Positions 27,041-43,618 of a stretch of 64,000 nt of DNA are shown one piece after another. Made by a program: the position numbers and the translations under genes. Numbering within the stretch: the stretch's first letter is position 1; the number at the start of each line of letters is the position of its first letter. Origin of the DNA: the human T2T-CHM13v2.0 reference genome, Homo sapiens; assembly GCF_009914755.1 (NCBI RefSeq), contig NC_060933.1. One strand, written 5' to 3'. Below the pieces are notes generated by a model. It was not told the origin of the DNA, searched no databases, and was given only the letters and a program-made list of their open reading frames with translations.

Positions 27041-27979
27041 ACATCTAGTGAATGTAGTGAATGAACTTGGATCCTGTCCTCTAATCTTGGCATGGAGGCT
27101 AAGGGAATAGAAGAATGACAAGGTCAGATCTGAGTATGGCCCCATATTGGGGGCGGGTGGCTCAATATTCATTCATTTACTCACTAAATATTTATTGAGT
27201 ACCTACTATGTGCCAAGTGATGTTCAAGATCCTTAGGTTACATAAGGGAATGAAACAAAGATTCTTTCCCTTTTGGAGCTTACATTCTCATCAGGAGGAG
27301 ACAATAAACAAAAGTATTATTTTAAAGACGTAAATATCATAGAGGTTAAGAAAAACTGGAGTGGGGGAAAGGCAGGGTAAGGAAGATCGAAAGTGCTGGA
27401 CTGCAATTTTAAATGAAGTGGCCAGAGTAGGCCTCATGAAGGTGACATTTTAGCAAAGACTTAAAGGAGGGAGGGAGATAACCATGCAAGTATGGGGGGA
27501 AGAGCATTCTAAACAAAGGGAATAGCCAGTGGCTTGGTTTGGGGGAGAGCTCCAAGGGGAGTGAAGCACAGCGATGAGTATGGAAACTGCTGAGCGATAA
27601 TGAGTGGCACAAACCAACAGAGGCTTTGGGGATGGAGACCTAGAAGGCAAAATGGGCAGAACTTGGTGCCTGCTTGGATATGGGAGGCACATAACTCCTC
27701 CAGGCATATTGTGTTCTGATGTCCCCATTTCAAGGGAACAAACACAAGGTGGCTAGACATGCCACCTCTAAGACAGGTAGTGAGAATGCTCAACGCATTC
27801 CATCCTGGATGACTCCATTGCCGACCAGAATGCTCCCCACCTCACCTTTCCCAGCCTCAACTCACCAGCTCATCTTCCGTGTCTCTGTCTCCAGACCCTC
27901 CAGCCATCCACTCTCATGCCCACAAATCCTATCAGCTCCAAAAACCCTCAACCCTATTAATACCTTCCCATCCTTTAGC

Positions 27980-28457
27980 TGTGGTTATGGGTTAAATTGT
28001 GCCCTCCACTCCCATTGCCCCCCAACCAAAACCATTTATAGATATCTTCATCCCCAGTACCTCAGAATGTGACTTTATTTAGAAATACAGCCTTTATAGA
28101 GATAGTCAAATTAAAATGAGTTCATAGGGTGGGCCCTTATCCAATATAAGTGGTGTCCTTACAAAAAGAAGAAATTTGGATACAAAGACACACAAAAAGG
28201 GAAGATGGGGTGGAGACACAGGGAAAATGCCACGTGAAGAGTGGCATGATGCACCTATAAGTCAAGCATGCCAAAGGATGCTGGCAAATCACCAGGACGA
28301 GGCAAGAAAGGATTCCCCCACAGATTTCAGAGGGAGTGTGGCCCTGCCAACACCTTGATTTCAGACTTCCAGCTCCAGAATGGTGAGACAATAAATTCTG
28401 TTGTTCTAAGCCCCCCAGTTTGTGGCACTTTGTTACGGCTGCCTAGGAAACCATATA
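27980..28457 (+). mobile_element. MLT1-type MaLR solo LTR within L2 remnants
   Basis: Starts tgtggttatgggttaaattgtgccc, contains acctcagaatgtgac, ends tttgttacggctgcctaggaaac. Confidence 0.8.
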
Positions 28458-30392
28458 GCTACAACGTTCCTGTCCTAGGATAGTCCATCTCACTCCACCC
28501 CATCTTCATGGGGATCTCCAGGCCACTGACTCCTGTCCCTTTTCCCTCACTTCCCTCCTGGCCCAGTTTGGATGCCTTGGTCGTTCACTACATGTACTCT
28601 CTTGCTAGTCTCCTCATGCATCTTCCCTCATTCCTACCTGTCTTAAAGTCAGTCTGGAAGAATGCATCTGTGCTTTTTCTGAGTCCTCACCTATCCTGTG
28701 GGTGCTGCTAGAGCTCACACACCCTGACCAATGACCCTACAAGTTCATGGTCACCAGCCTACACTGGGCTTTTAGCCCTGCCTGGTCATTATCCTGTACC
28801 TCTTCTAGTCACCTCTCCCTAGTCACCTCTCCCAACTGCAACAACTATCTCACACATCCTTCCCTCTAGCTTCCTTGCCCCACTCTCAGCTATGGAGCTG
28901 GACTACTGCTTTGAGGAGATAAGAGGCCTTCTGAACTCCCTCATGTCCCATCTTCACCTCCAGACCTATCTGCACACATATCTGTCCTCAACTCCATCCC
29001 TCCTGTTACAGGAAGTCATCCCTCCTCTTCCCTGGGGAGGCCCTTACCTCCATGCTTCTGGATCCCATTTGCTTTTACCTGCTCAGGAACCTCATGCTGT
29101 GAGTTATCCACAATCTCCTGCATCCTTCATCTCTTTCCCTACTGGCTTCTTCGTCTGTCAGCCTATAAACATGCTCAAGTCTCTGCTAGTATATTAAAAA
29201 CTACAACAACAACAACAACAAAAACAAAATCCAACACTCTCTGTACTCCACATTCCTCTCCTGCTATCTATCACCCCTTTCTACCCATTCACAATCCAAT
29301 TTCTTGAAAGAGCTGTCTCTACTTCCTTACCTTTTGTGCCAAGACGTGACCTTATGGTGGCAGAAGCCACATTGCAGTGAATTAAGGAGAAAGTGGACAG
29401 AACTAGACACAACTCTTGTGCTCTCTTGTAAAGCTGGTCAGCCTTTCTGACTCCAAAGGGCTCATGCCTCTGGTCCCCTCCCTGCCATTCCTCCTGTAGG
29501 CCCCAGCTGGGCCCCGTAGAGACCAAAGATGGAGAGAAAATGCCCCTCCTGGGACTCCAGAGCTCGCAATGCCACCTTCAGCACAGATCACCATAATTAT
29601 TATATGTGATCCCTCCACCCTGGCCATCAGCAGATGGGATGAGATCATCAGCCAAAGGTCAATAGTCTGCAAGGTGGCCTGGCCTCAAAGCTCTGGAGTT
29701 CCAATGATACTCAGAGAACTGCTGATGGCAGAAGACACACAAGTGAAGATGTTCAGAGAAAAAGCGGTATGCAGAAGCTGAGAGGGAACAAAATTCCTGA
29801 ATTAGCTGCAAGGAGAATGGGGGAAGTCAGTCAGTTGCTGGCAGCAAGACACCTGAGTCACTGCCACTGCAGCCATAATTGCCTTTAGGAGTGTTTTAGA
29901 TGCTTCACGACCCTGTGCATTTGAGAGACCTGCTCGGCAGCCACTGAGGTTTTCTCTCCTAATCTCCTCTGAATCCCCATCACCTACCCCTCCCCCAGGG
30001 TCCTCCACATCACTCAGAGCTAACCTATCTTTGAAAGCAAAGGATGCAGTATTTACAGTTTTGAAAACTGCCTGCTGGCCCTGTGGTCACCTCACCCCTC
30101 CTCTAAGCCCTTATCAAGGGCTTCAGTCCTCCAATTCCCTCTCCTTCTCAATCCCTCCTGCCTGGTCTCAGTTAAGTATCACTGCAACATCCTTACATTG
30201 CTGGGCCCATTCTACTACAATGTGAGCCCAGAAGAACCCCAACCTTCTGCTTTCCTCATGACTGGACACCCAGGCTGCTGGACACATTGGAGAAAATCTC
30301 AAGATCCATGGGAGATCCAACTGATTCAATTCTTCAGAGTTCACTACTGCCCATAATCCTGCTCTAGTTCCCGCAGCACCCCCTGCTACTGA

Positions 30393-32407
<2,015 letters not shown>

Positions 32408-33056
32408 TGAAGATGGAACATGAGGGAGTTCGAAAGGCCTCTGTCTCTTCAAAGCAGAGTCCAGCTCCATAGCTGAGATTGGGGCAAGGAAGCTGGAGGG
32501 AAGGAGGTGTGAGACAGTTGTTGCATTTGGGATAGGTAAGTCATTAATAACGATAATAGCAATTAACACTTAATAGCACTATGTGCCAGTGTGGTATCTA
32601 AATGTCATATATGTATATTTCCTTATGTAATCTCATAACAATCCTATGTGATAAACACTATCGTATTCCTGTTTTATGGATAAGACCACTAAGGCACAGA
32701 GCAGTAACTTGCTAATAAGTGGCAGACCAGGATTGAAACCCAGGCAGGTTGGTACCAGAGTCCATGCTCACAACCACTATACTATACTGTATGCTGCAGA
32801 TGGAGAGAAATGTCTGACCTGGCAGTGTTCCTAAACCAGGCCAAAGCAGGGGCAAATAACTATCCAGGGAATTAGATATATTCAGTACTGACTGAGGCTT
32901 CTTGTAGACACTATATTCTCCCAGCACCGGCCTGAGCCTACTACTCTTCCTCTGTCTTCACCCGATCAGCCCCCCGGGGTAAGGGCGGGGACTCCCATTT
33001 CTTTAATCCCACTCCACATAGCAGGCTGAGTAGAGGCTCATCAAATAGGTAGAAAC

Positions 33057-33062
33057 TTTATT
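33057..33062 (-). terminator. RPP25L: RPP25L poly(A) signal
   Basis: AATAAA on minus strand ~290 nt after the stop codon. Confidence 0.8.
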
Positions 33063-33350
33063 TCCTAAATCCCTCCCTGGACCTCTTTCAGAAGGCAGTT
33101 CAAATGCACTGTAGGTAGAAGGCAGAGGAAGCCCTTATTTAGCAATGCAGAACTTGGCAGAGGCCCCACATCTGTCATTCTTCACAGCAGTCCCTTCCCA
33201 CATGCTAGAGGGAAGGGGAAGCATGATAGGGAGGTCCACTTTTGTGGACTCAAACCTTGATGGGGATGTTGAGCAGTCACAACGCTTCTCAGAAAAGGCA
33301 CAAGCACCCCAGACATTCAGGCCCGGAGAACAGGCTGGCTCAGCAGGTCT

Positions 33351-33842
33351 TCACGATCGGGTGTCTCGAGCCCTTCTTCGGGAACGAGGGCCACAGCTGG
33401 AGCTGGGCATGGAACCCAGGCCAGGGGGTGCTCCTGGGGGTTGGTAACCACACTCATTGGGGTCCAGGGGGTCCCGGCTGAGCAGCACCCACACTGCAGG
33501 CACATGGCGGCGCACTGTGAGGGGGTCTAGCCCTGTGTCAGGTGAGGCTGGGACCCAGCTGTCCTCAGTCTGAAGGAAACGTAGCTTGGTGAGCTGGTGC
33601 AGGCCTGGGACCCGCCGCTTGACAATCTCAGCGCAGCTGACAGCCTTTCCTGCAGCCCTGCCAGAACCTGAGAACACTACATGCCGAGCACTGCCGCCCT
33701 CCAACCGACCCAGAGCCAACCCCAGCAGGTTGCGAATTTTGCTGCCATCTCGGACCCGCATCTCAAGGGTATCAGGAGGTAGCTGGGGCATTGGGGAAGG
33801 CGCTGGGAGCTCTACAGAGCCAGCTTTCCGGTAGTGCTCCAT
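33351..33842 (-). CDS. RPP25L: Ribonuclease P protein subunit p25-like protein (Alba domain), 163 aa, single coding exon
   Basis: ORF MEHYRKAGSVELP...; Alba/Rpp25 motifs MRVRDGSKIRN and SGSGRAAGKAVSCAEIVKRR; acceptor ttccctgcag| opens the exon at 33878. Confidence 0.97.
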   Translation of the reverse strand: MEHYRKAGSVELPAPSPMPQLPPDTLEMRVRDGSKIRNLLGLALGRLEGGSARHVVFSGSGRAAGKAVSCAEIVKRRVPGLHQLTKLRFLQTEDSWVPASPDTGLDPLTVRRHVPAVWVLLSRDPLDPNECGYQPPGAPPGLGSMPSSSCGPRSRRRARDTRS

Positions 33843-34529
33843 CCTGCTTGCTGTCTTGTCTGTGACTCTCGCTGCCCACTGCAGGGAAGCATCAGGTAAG
33901 TGCTAAGCAATGTGCCCCAAGTCACTGTCCACCATCCCCTATCTCCATCCAGGATATGGCCCTGCTCCCCGTTCCAGACTTCCCAGAAACAGGATCATGT
34001 CCCCTTGTCCTTAGCATCTCGTGACAAGGTCCATGCCTGCCGCAGTCTGGGAAAGGGCTGTACCCCATACACCCCGTTCCTCTACAAGGGCCATAACACC
34101 CCCACCTCCAATCCTGGAGTCCAAGAGGCAGGATCACATTCCCCAAACACTGAGCTCTTTGGGAAAGTGCCAGGCCCCCTCATCCTAAACTCTCCAGGAC
34201 TGGGGCTTAGCCCCCCTTATCCTGGGCTCCTTGGAACAGGGCCTGGAACCCTCACCCCAGACTAATACCAATAGAGAGCGCTCCTCACTTGGGGCTCTAC
34301 AAGGACAGGGACAAGGCCCTTCGCCCCAGGCCCCCCGGGAAACAGCCAAGAACCCTTATCCAGTGCTGCCCCCAAACAGAACGGATCCCCTCTCCCAGAG
34401 ATTACCAAGGTCAATCTATATCAACCCAGGTCACTCAGAAACTCGGGGGCAGAGGCTCGACTCGGAGGGCTGCTCAGGACATTCCAAGACAGCCTTGGCC
34501 GTTTCCATAGCCACGGTCTCTTCCAGGGT

Positions 34530-35260
34530 CTTGCCGGCCGCTGCAGCCAAGCCACAGGCGTCCCCCAACCCTACGAGCGCCCCTCTGCCCGCCCGGTTCC
34601 GGCTCTCACCGAAGCCGCCTCACGCACGATCCGGAGCCAAGATGGCGCGCGGGCCCGGAGCGCACTAAGGCCGCGGGGCCGCGCACGCCCCGAGGGGGCG
34701 GGGCGTGAGGGGCGGGGCGTGAGGGACAGGCCCCGAGGCATCTCCGCCGCGGAAACAACCCGCTGGCCAGAGCGCCCCGGACCAGTCCCAGCGGGGATGG
34801 GAACACGAGCGCAGCCTCCGCTGTTACGCCCCGGAGGGAGGCAGGACAGTTCCCTGCGGTAGAAAGGAGCGGCCGTCGGGGAAGTCCTGCGTCTGAAGGA
34901 GGGGGATCTGGCCCTTAGAAGATGGGAGGGCTGGCGTTAGCTGTTGAGCAAACGGGGAGCTGTGGGTTTCACCGTGGGTGCGAACAAAGGCTTCAGTTTG
35001 TAGTGGCTGCTGTTGCATGGGCGAGAGCCTTAGTTACCGACTTCTGAGCTTCGACCTCATCCTGTGGGCGCTGGCGGACCACGGGGGTTTTCCGGGTTTT
35101 CCAGGGGCCAGTCGAACCAGATCTTGTGCAGGGAGCCGAGGAGGGAGTGGTGGGGAAATCGGGCCACAGCCCCTGACGACACCTGCCGCGGAGTCTGGGG
35201 GCTGAGGGGGCGGGGGTGCCCACGGAGCCTAGTATGGTGCCTGGCGTATGACCGGCGCTC
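34530..35260. promoter_or_regulatory. RPP25L promoter CpG island
   Basis: CpG-dense, tandem GGGGCGGGGC boxes at ~34695-34720. Confidence 0.8.
34610..34655 (-). other. RPP25L: RPP25L non-coding exon 1
   Basis: Donor TCG|gtgaga at 34610 within a CpG island; YY1-like AAGATGGCG; TSS approximate. Confidence 0.7.
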
Positions 35261-35522
35261 AATATTTGTTAAATGATTTGTTACATTAATGAACCAGAGA
35301 AATCGCGGTGGGAATGGAAAAAAGATTAAGTTGGGAGATACTAGTAGGTTCAGTGACGAGTTGGCCACTGTTTGGACGGAGAAGTAGGAAATTCCGATCT
35401 AGGGTGACTCCCAGGTTTCAGATCGGTTTGGACACGCTGAATTTGAGGTGCCGGAGAGGTCGCAAAGGCGGGGCGGCCAATGGGCCGTTGGAAAAAGGGT
35501 CTGGAGCCAGAGCACTCCCTGA

Positions 35523-35540
35523 GACCACAAGGGGGCAGCA
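35523..35540 (+). promoter_or_regulatory. CTCF-like motif between DCTN3 3' end and RPP25L promoter
   Basis: GACCACAAGGGGGCAGCA. Confidence 0.55.
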
Positions 35541-36108
35541 AACATTTGGTGGACTACGGTGCCAATCTGTTTCTCAACATGCTTGCCCCAGCGCCCCTAC
35601 TTCCCAACTTCCCCTCCCCAGGACCAAAACTTCCTGCATCCAAACCTCTTAGGCTGCCCTTCTCGGCTCGTGGCAGCAGGTAGGCTCCCAAGAGAGAAAT
35701 TTAAAGGCCTTTGCACATGCTGCTCCCTTGGCTCTGAAAGTCCCTGGATATCACTTACCAGGTCCCTTCAGTCCCTTTTTTCTTCTGTGTCCACCTGATA
35801 GGACTGCCCTTTTCCTTTACTGTCTATCCTGCTAGCCCGTGCAGGGCAGGGATTAGCCCTATCTACTCCCATCATCTGACATTTGGAGGTCTCTTATTGG
35901 TAAATGTGGGATAAATGGATACATAAAGGAATATCCTATTCACATAATCAAATGAGAGCCTTCATTTTGAGAGCTCTACACCTGCCAGAAAGCCAGACCA
36001 GGATGAGTTTAGTTCCCAGTCAAACGATTAGGCAGGCTGACACCTCTGCCCCCTACCACCTCCATCCTAGACCAAGAAGCCAGCACACTCCTCCAGTCAT
36101 CTCTATGG

Positions 36109-36114
36109 TTTATT
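36109..36114 (-). terminator. DCTN3: DCTN3 poly(A) signal
   Basis: AATAAA on minus strand ~215 nt after the stop codon. Confidence 0.85.
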
Positions 36115-36327
36115 GTCACTGAAATAAGAACACTGATTGGGGGGAGGGTGGGTGTTGCAAATTGCAAACCTCAGGTAACCTGACCTCCAACTTTAGAGCC
36201 CAGAGTACAGAGAGGTGGGCCTTGAAGCCAATAAATACAAAGCTTCCTCTGCCTTGTAACAAAGGCAGGTTGGCATAGGGCCCTGGAGCCTGACTGCCCA
36301 GGCCCACTTTGGGATGGGGAGCAGCTA

Positions 36328-36516
<189 letters not shown>

Positions 36517-36587
36517 CTAGAGGTGGAACAAAAGGACAGGGCTTAGGGACAGCACCCATTAGGGTCCTAGTTGAGCAGAAAGGATAC

Positions 36588-36647
36588 AGTCTTGTTGTAT
36601 TCCTCCAGGAGAGCCTTGGACTCCTCAGTGATTTCCACACACTGGTC
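36588..36647 (-). CDS. DCTN3: DCTN3 exon 6 ([20 protein letters not shown])
   Basis: 60 nt; acceptor ctacag|, donor |GTATCCTTT (U12 type). Confidence 0.95.
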
Positions 36648-37255
36648 CTGTAGGGCCAAAGTGTAGCACAGAAAGGAACTGGGCAAAGCCCACATCTTCC
36701 ACTAAACTTCCTGCCTCATCACGGACTCCCACTCCCCATGGAGCCTAAAAAAGATGACGCTTAACCCCAAAGCCAAAGGAGCAAATGGCTATGGGAGCAC
36801 TTTCAGGCTCCAGGATGGGTGCCCTAACAGCAGTCCAAAGACGGATGGAAAAGGGAGTGGCCATACATTAAGTAAACATTCCCCCTAGTGTATGTCTCTT
36901 CTTCTGTCCTTATTTCTGAACTCTCTTTGAACTTTACACTAGGGCCTGGGAATAGTGAAAAAAGAGCCCCTCTACCCACAGTCAATGACATACCATCCCC
37001 AGGAATTCTTGGGTACCTCCCAGCCTCAACCTTATGGTGTCCCAATAAAGTCCTGCTCTGGAAGCAGAAAGTTTGTACATGAACCTAGGCAAGTCCCTTT
37101 ACCTCCCTGGGGCATATGCAAGATAAAGGATAAACCCCAAAGTTTCTGCTGAGGTTACAACAGAAAGGCCTGAAGCTGCTTCCCCAGGTGGCATGAGTTG
37201 GGATGAGGTGCTGCGCCACCTCCATCTTCGCTTCTAGTCATCTCCCCTCCCATAC

Positions 37256-37314
37256 CTGCTGCTGAATGTGGATCTGGGCCAAGCGCTGCAGGCGGGCAGC
37301 ATGCTCAGGAACGG
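37256..37314 (-). CDS. DCTN3: DCTN3 exon 5 (AVPEHAARLQRLAQIHIQQQ)
   Basis: 59 nt, AG/GT boundaries, frame-consistent. Confidence 0.95.
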
Positions 37315-38126
37315 CTGTAAAACACAACACACACTGCTGGATGATGCTTGTGCCCTCCCCCGGGACTGCTCAATAGTCTATTAGGTCTTTGGCAGGATTA
37401 GAGTATTGAGTGGAGAAGCTAAACAAACGCCAGACTTCATCGACTGCTGCAGCTGGAGGTGGCAGTGGGGCTCCCTGCCCACTCCAGTCTTACTCCAGGA
37501 CCCATAGGGGAGGGGAAGATACATGTCCCGAGGAGAAGACAAAACCTTGGGGTTCCCAGTGTTGCTCCCTACCCCCACCCCAGTGCTATAAGCAGGACCA
37601 GGTAAAGAGAGCTTTGGCTATTATAGGACCTGTCCCTTTGCTCTCAGCCCAGCGGGGGCAGGTCTGCCTGGCTTAGGGAACAGGGAGTCTGAAGATGGAT
37701 GCCAGGTCCCTAAGCTGGAATCCAACACGCCAAGGCTTGGCCACCATGCTGGGCTCAAAGCTTAAGGCTGTCAGATACTCAGCGGGCAGCTGATCAGGGG
37801 TAGGGAGGGGGAGCTGGGAAAAATACCTCCACAGACAGACAAGATGGATATCTGGATTCAATTAAAGCCACTATCTGCTTGTCAAAGTCCAGGCCCAGGG
37901 ACTGCTCTCAGCAGTGCAGCAGAAAGAATTCACATACATTCATGGACCTGGCAGAGACTCTGATAGTAAAATCTGGGTTCTGCAGCACCTTGAAGAAGAG
38001 ATGCTTGGGGGTAGGTAGAAGGCAGAAGGAATCCCCAGAGCTGGGGACTGCTAGAGCTTAGGCTAGTGTTCTCAGGCCCAAATTGCCTGAGGTCCTAAAA
38101 CTGGGCTCTCTATCCTGGTAATTTTA

Positions 38127-38463
<337 letters not shown>

Positions 38464-38559
38464 ATAAGGAACAGACCCAACCCGAATCCACACAACCTGA
38501 AACACAGGAAAGTCTTGCCCATCCATCCACCTACCTCCCCAACCAGAGTAGTGAAGCTA

Positions 38560-38802
<243 letters not shown>

Positions 38803-40183
38803 CTAGGTGCACATTTCCATCCTGCCCCCAACTCTCCTGGATGCCTCAGGTCTGACCCATCTGAGCCTAATGAGCCTCTCAATTTCTCCAAATCCCACCT
38901 TTCTCCAAGGTTTAACTTCAAGACCTCTTCTTCTAGCCTCCTATCAACAAACTCAGGGAGCACCTCCTAGGCCACAAAATACAAAATACTTCAGACTTGG
39001 ATCCCCACACCCAAGGGTCCCCAGGAAGGTCTAAAAGAGATATGTGGCAGACTACGCCAGGCAGGTTCTGCTCAGTGGCTCTCAGAGGCATAGACAATTA
39101 TATGCTGGAGGAGAGCTGGGACAGTAATGGAAGAGTCCAGTGAGGAGAGCAGGATCTGGGCTAGGCCCTGTATGCACACGGGATTTCAATGCACTGAAAT
39201 CCATAGAGTGGGAAGGGTATTCAAGAGAGAGGACTGTTACGTGCAAATGCTTAGAGGCAGGAATGCCTGTCAATTAGTAGAGGAGAAAGAATTCAATTAG
39301 CTGAACTGGAGTAGGGAGAGCACAGGAAACAGAGTTGGATGGGAGGGTAGACCCGGCCGACTGAAAGGCTTTGAATGGCAGACTATGGAATTAGGACTTT
39401 ATCCTAGCAAGGCAGGATACACTGAGGTTCCAAAGTAGGCAAAGTGACATGTTGGGAACATGTTTTTGTGAGGGTGAGACTGAACCACATGCAGGAAGGG
39501 AAAGATTAGGGTCAAGAGTATGATTTAGGAGACTGTGCAACCATTCATATGCAAGTGGATGCACAATTCCTGAGGCAGTGCCACAGGGAGGGATGGAGAG
39601 GCTGGACTCAAGAGTCAGTGCAGGAGAATATCTAAACTTGGTGCTTGAGCGATGGCAATTGACCAAGAGCCCTTTGGGAACTCTGACAGCCCTTTTAGCA
39701 GGAGTGGCCCATCCTTACCCAGTCCTCAGTGCTGCATTGCACTGATCAGTCTCCTGGGAGACTGATCTCCCATCTGGGTTATAAGCTCAGGTCCCTGAAG
39801 CAGGGACCCTGTCTCCCCTAGCTCTGGCTGTGCCCATGAGGGCAGGGACTTTCTGGTTCACCACTGTATGCTTCCTCACTTAGGAAAGAACCTGGATCAG
39901 AGTAGATGATCATTATACATCTTTTGGATGAATAACGAAGCTCAAAAAACCCTAGCTTATAGAATGGCTGACTGATTAGCAGACATTGCCAAGGCAATAG
40001 TTCCTGCCTAGAACTCTGACACTGCAGAGCTTTCTCACATGAAAGAAAGATGTTGAAACTCATGCCAATACTCTCTCTGTTCTTTAATGGCAATGCTCTC
40101 TGCCCCTACCCTTTCCTAGAAGCTCCTCTGTCTAGTGAGCAGAAGTGAGGAAGGTTCTGAAGGAAAATCCAAGAGGCAAACTA

Positions 40184-40615
<432 letters not shown>

Positions 40616-41127
40616 TCAATGAGGAGCTGATACCCAACAGTGCCACATGAGCAGGGCTCCACCAGGCTCCCTATCCCCACTTCCCTATCTCTCCACTCTC
40701 TTCTCTTGAAGTCTCTTCTGACATCAAGCTTCAGAGCTGAAAACACAATTGCCACCACCACTCTGGGCCCTTAGCATTCTCACTGACCTATCCTCACCAA
40801 GGGTAGAAGGCCTCTTTTCTCCTAGATGTCACCGAGACAAGCCAGAGCTTTGTCTAATTTCTAGTTACTAAGCAGGTTACTAGTTCTGACATAACCAGGA
40901 TCTCAGTGTCTAATTTGTTTCCTGCCCCTTAACCTTGCCTGGGAAATCCCATACCCTTTTTACCCTCCTTCACCAAGAGAAGCTTTCAGGTAGAGCTCTT
41001 ATTTCATAACTTAGGACACTGTCATGGGCTTGAGGTTTAGCCACAAGGTAGAAAAGCACACCACAATTTACCAATTGAATTGGGTGTAGGTAAATGTCCT
41101 CATAATCTTTCTATCCCCAAAGGGCTA

Positions 41128-41325
<198 letters not shown>

Positions 41326-41739
41326 TTAATTCCAAGATATACTACCTGGCTCAAGGCTTGGAAAAGTTAAAGAACCCTCATTCTCCCAGACTCTCAAACC
41401 TGAATCCCAGTAATCTAGGTTGGCCTCCCTTCTCTAATATTAAAGGAGATGCAGCCCCACCTTCCAGGAATCCTTAAAGTGGAGAGAGAGAATCATGTAC
41501 TCCTTGGGGAGTTTCAAGTCTGATGGGGAAGATAACGAACTATTTTAGAGTCTATGGAATATAGAGTATACACAATATATTTTCTGGTTCCTAAGTCCTG
41601 GGTTTGGGCATGAGAAACACAAGCATCCTCATTCAAGCCTTCATGACCTCTAGATTGGCTGGCCTACCTCTAGCCCTATCCCCTCCACATCAAATTTGGT
41701 GTGGGAGATGGAAGAGTCCAAACAACTGGGATCCCAATG

Positions 41740-42200
41740 ATGGTGCAATCACTGAATTAGGGAATACAGAAGAGAATCAGGTTAGGGGAGAGAAAGAGTA
41801 CAGTTAAGGGCATACAGATTGAGTTTGAAATGACTATTGGATATCCAAGTGGAAAAGTCCAGTAGACAACTAGACATAAAAGTCTGGTTCTCAGAACAGA
41901 AATCTGGACCAGAGATATACATTTGAGACATATTGACATGTAAATAGTAATTGACACCATGGAAGCGAGTGAGCCTACCTAAAGTTTAGGGGTAGAATGT
42001 AAAGAATCCCAATATTAAAGGGTCAAATAGAGGAGGAGACTAAGGAAGTGACTGCACTCACCCAGTTTTTAGGGTAGAGGATGAGGAATGCCAGGGGGGA
42101 GGCAAATAACACTGAGAAGCAGCCGTAAGAGGTAGAAGGAAAACCAGGAGGGTCAGCGTCATAGATCCCAAAGGAAGAGAATGTTTGAGAAGTTAGTTCT
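41740..42200. mobile_element. L2 LINE remnant in DCTN3 intron 1
   Basis: L2 3' motifs (ttgagtttgaaatgactattggatatccaagtgga). Confidence 0.7.
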
Positions 42201-42915
42201 GAAATGGGAGCACAGTCTGCTAGTGACAACTAATTCCTCATTTAGTGTACAAACAGACATCATTACCTTGGACGCACTTAGCTCCAGGACATGCCTGACA
42301 CGCCATCAGAAGTTCTTCAATAAAAGATCTTCCCATAGTAGAAAGGGGAGGAGAGGGCACCTGAGCTTCGTAGTTGTCAAAATTCTGTCACTGGTATAAA
42401 GCAGTGCTAGTCCACATCTGAATACCCAGTACCCAGTCTCTTCCCTTCCTAATCCTGGTCCTTTCAGACCTCACTTCTCACCCTTTGGCGTTTTCCTTAT
42501 CCACCTCTGCTCTGCCTCCCCAGGGGTCCCATGGACCTCTTCCTGCACAATTCATTTAGCAATTAATTATGCAGGGCTCTATGACGGGCCTTCCTATCGT
42601 GGACTTCAGCTCTTATTGAAACTCTCATTAGTCAGCTTCTCGTGTCAGGTCTCCCCAACTATAGCTCGCGAGGGCAAGGGCGGAGTCTCAGCTACAGTAG
42701 GTACGGAGCCCACTCTCAGGCTGGCTTAACCACCCGCAGAGCCCCCTATGACAGTGGACCCCGATGGTCCAATCAGCTCTGGGAGGTCCCGGACCTTTGT
42801 TATTTCAAAGGCCGGGCTGCGGAGAACAGGACTGGAGCGGTTGCATCCCGAGGGCCAGGACAGTGGACCGCTCTTGCTCTGCTCCAGAAAGGGACTACCG
42901 GACCAGACTACTCAC

Positions 42916-43011
42916 CTTCCGTGAGCCGCGCGCCCCGCCCGGCCCGTACACCCAGCGCTCCAGCTCTTCCACTCGGGCCTGTAGCCGCTGCAAGTCAGTC
43001 AGACCCGCCAT
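42916..43011 (-). CDS. DCTN3: Dynactin subunit 3 (p22/p24) exon 1 ([32 protein letters not shown])
   Basis: ATG at 43011, donor AAG|gtgagt; recognised DCTN3 N-terminus. Confidence 0.97.
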
Positions 43012-43039
43012 CGCTACTACCGACCCACCTCGGCCAGGA

Positions 43040-43160
43040 AACAGCCAGAGGGCGGGACGTCAGTCCAAATAAGAAGGCTAGCCAATCCGAGTGCACGAGC
43101 GGCCCTTTATGCAGGAAGTGACGCCATGATTCAGCCCTTCAGTGCCGGAAGTTACTCCTC
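43040..43160. promoter_or_regulatory. DCTN3: DCTN3 housekeeping promoter
   Basis: GC box, GACGTCA, CCAAT at ~43082, ETS-CRE-like GGAAGTGACG at ~43114, CCGGAAGT at ~43145. Confidence 0.75.
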
Positions 43161-43612
43161 GGAGCTGTCAAAAGCTGATTACCTTGGCAACGGCTCTGTC
43201 CCATCCCTCCCCTGGCTTCCAGTGCCTGGTTGTCAAGATAACCTTTGCTTTTCGGGTACCAAAGAGCTTTCCCCACGCCATTCCCTGAGTTTGCACGTGT
43301 TCCAGGATAGGTCCATTCCCATAGATACATCATTAGGAGGCTCCGTGAGTTACCATAAACTTTTGGAGTCTTCTAAGGTTCAGTTGATTAAGTAACTTGC
43401 CCAAGGCCACCCAGCACTATAGGGACAGAAACAGGACTTGAACTCAGGCTGTCTGATTCAAGAGACGGAGCTCTTCTATTCTCACGAAACTTTGCTATTC
43501 TGCCTTAACCTCTGAAAGCCCCTGGCCCAAGGCAGCCTATGTTCCACATCATTCCTCCCCACCTCCCATACCCAAACAAGAAAGGAGGCATCAGAGAGGG
43601 AGGGACCGCAGC

Positions 43613-43618
43613 TTTATT
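43613..43618 (-). terminator. ARID3C: ARID3C poly(A) signal
   Basis: AATAAA on minus strand ~390 nt after the stop codon. Confidence 0.75.

Noticed and set aside
29400-30060. Possible retroviral-internal or pseudogene fragment
   Set aside because: Cannot assign a family by eye; needs a Dfam or BLAST search
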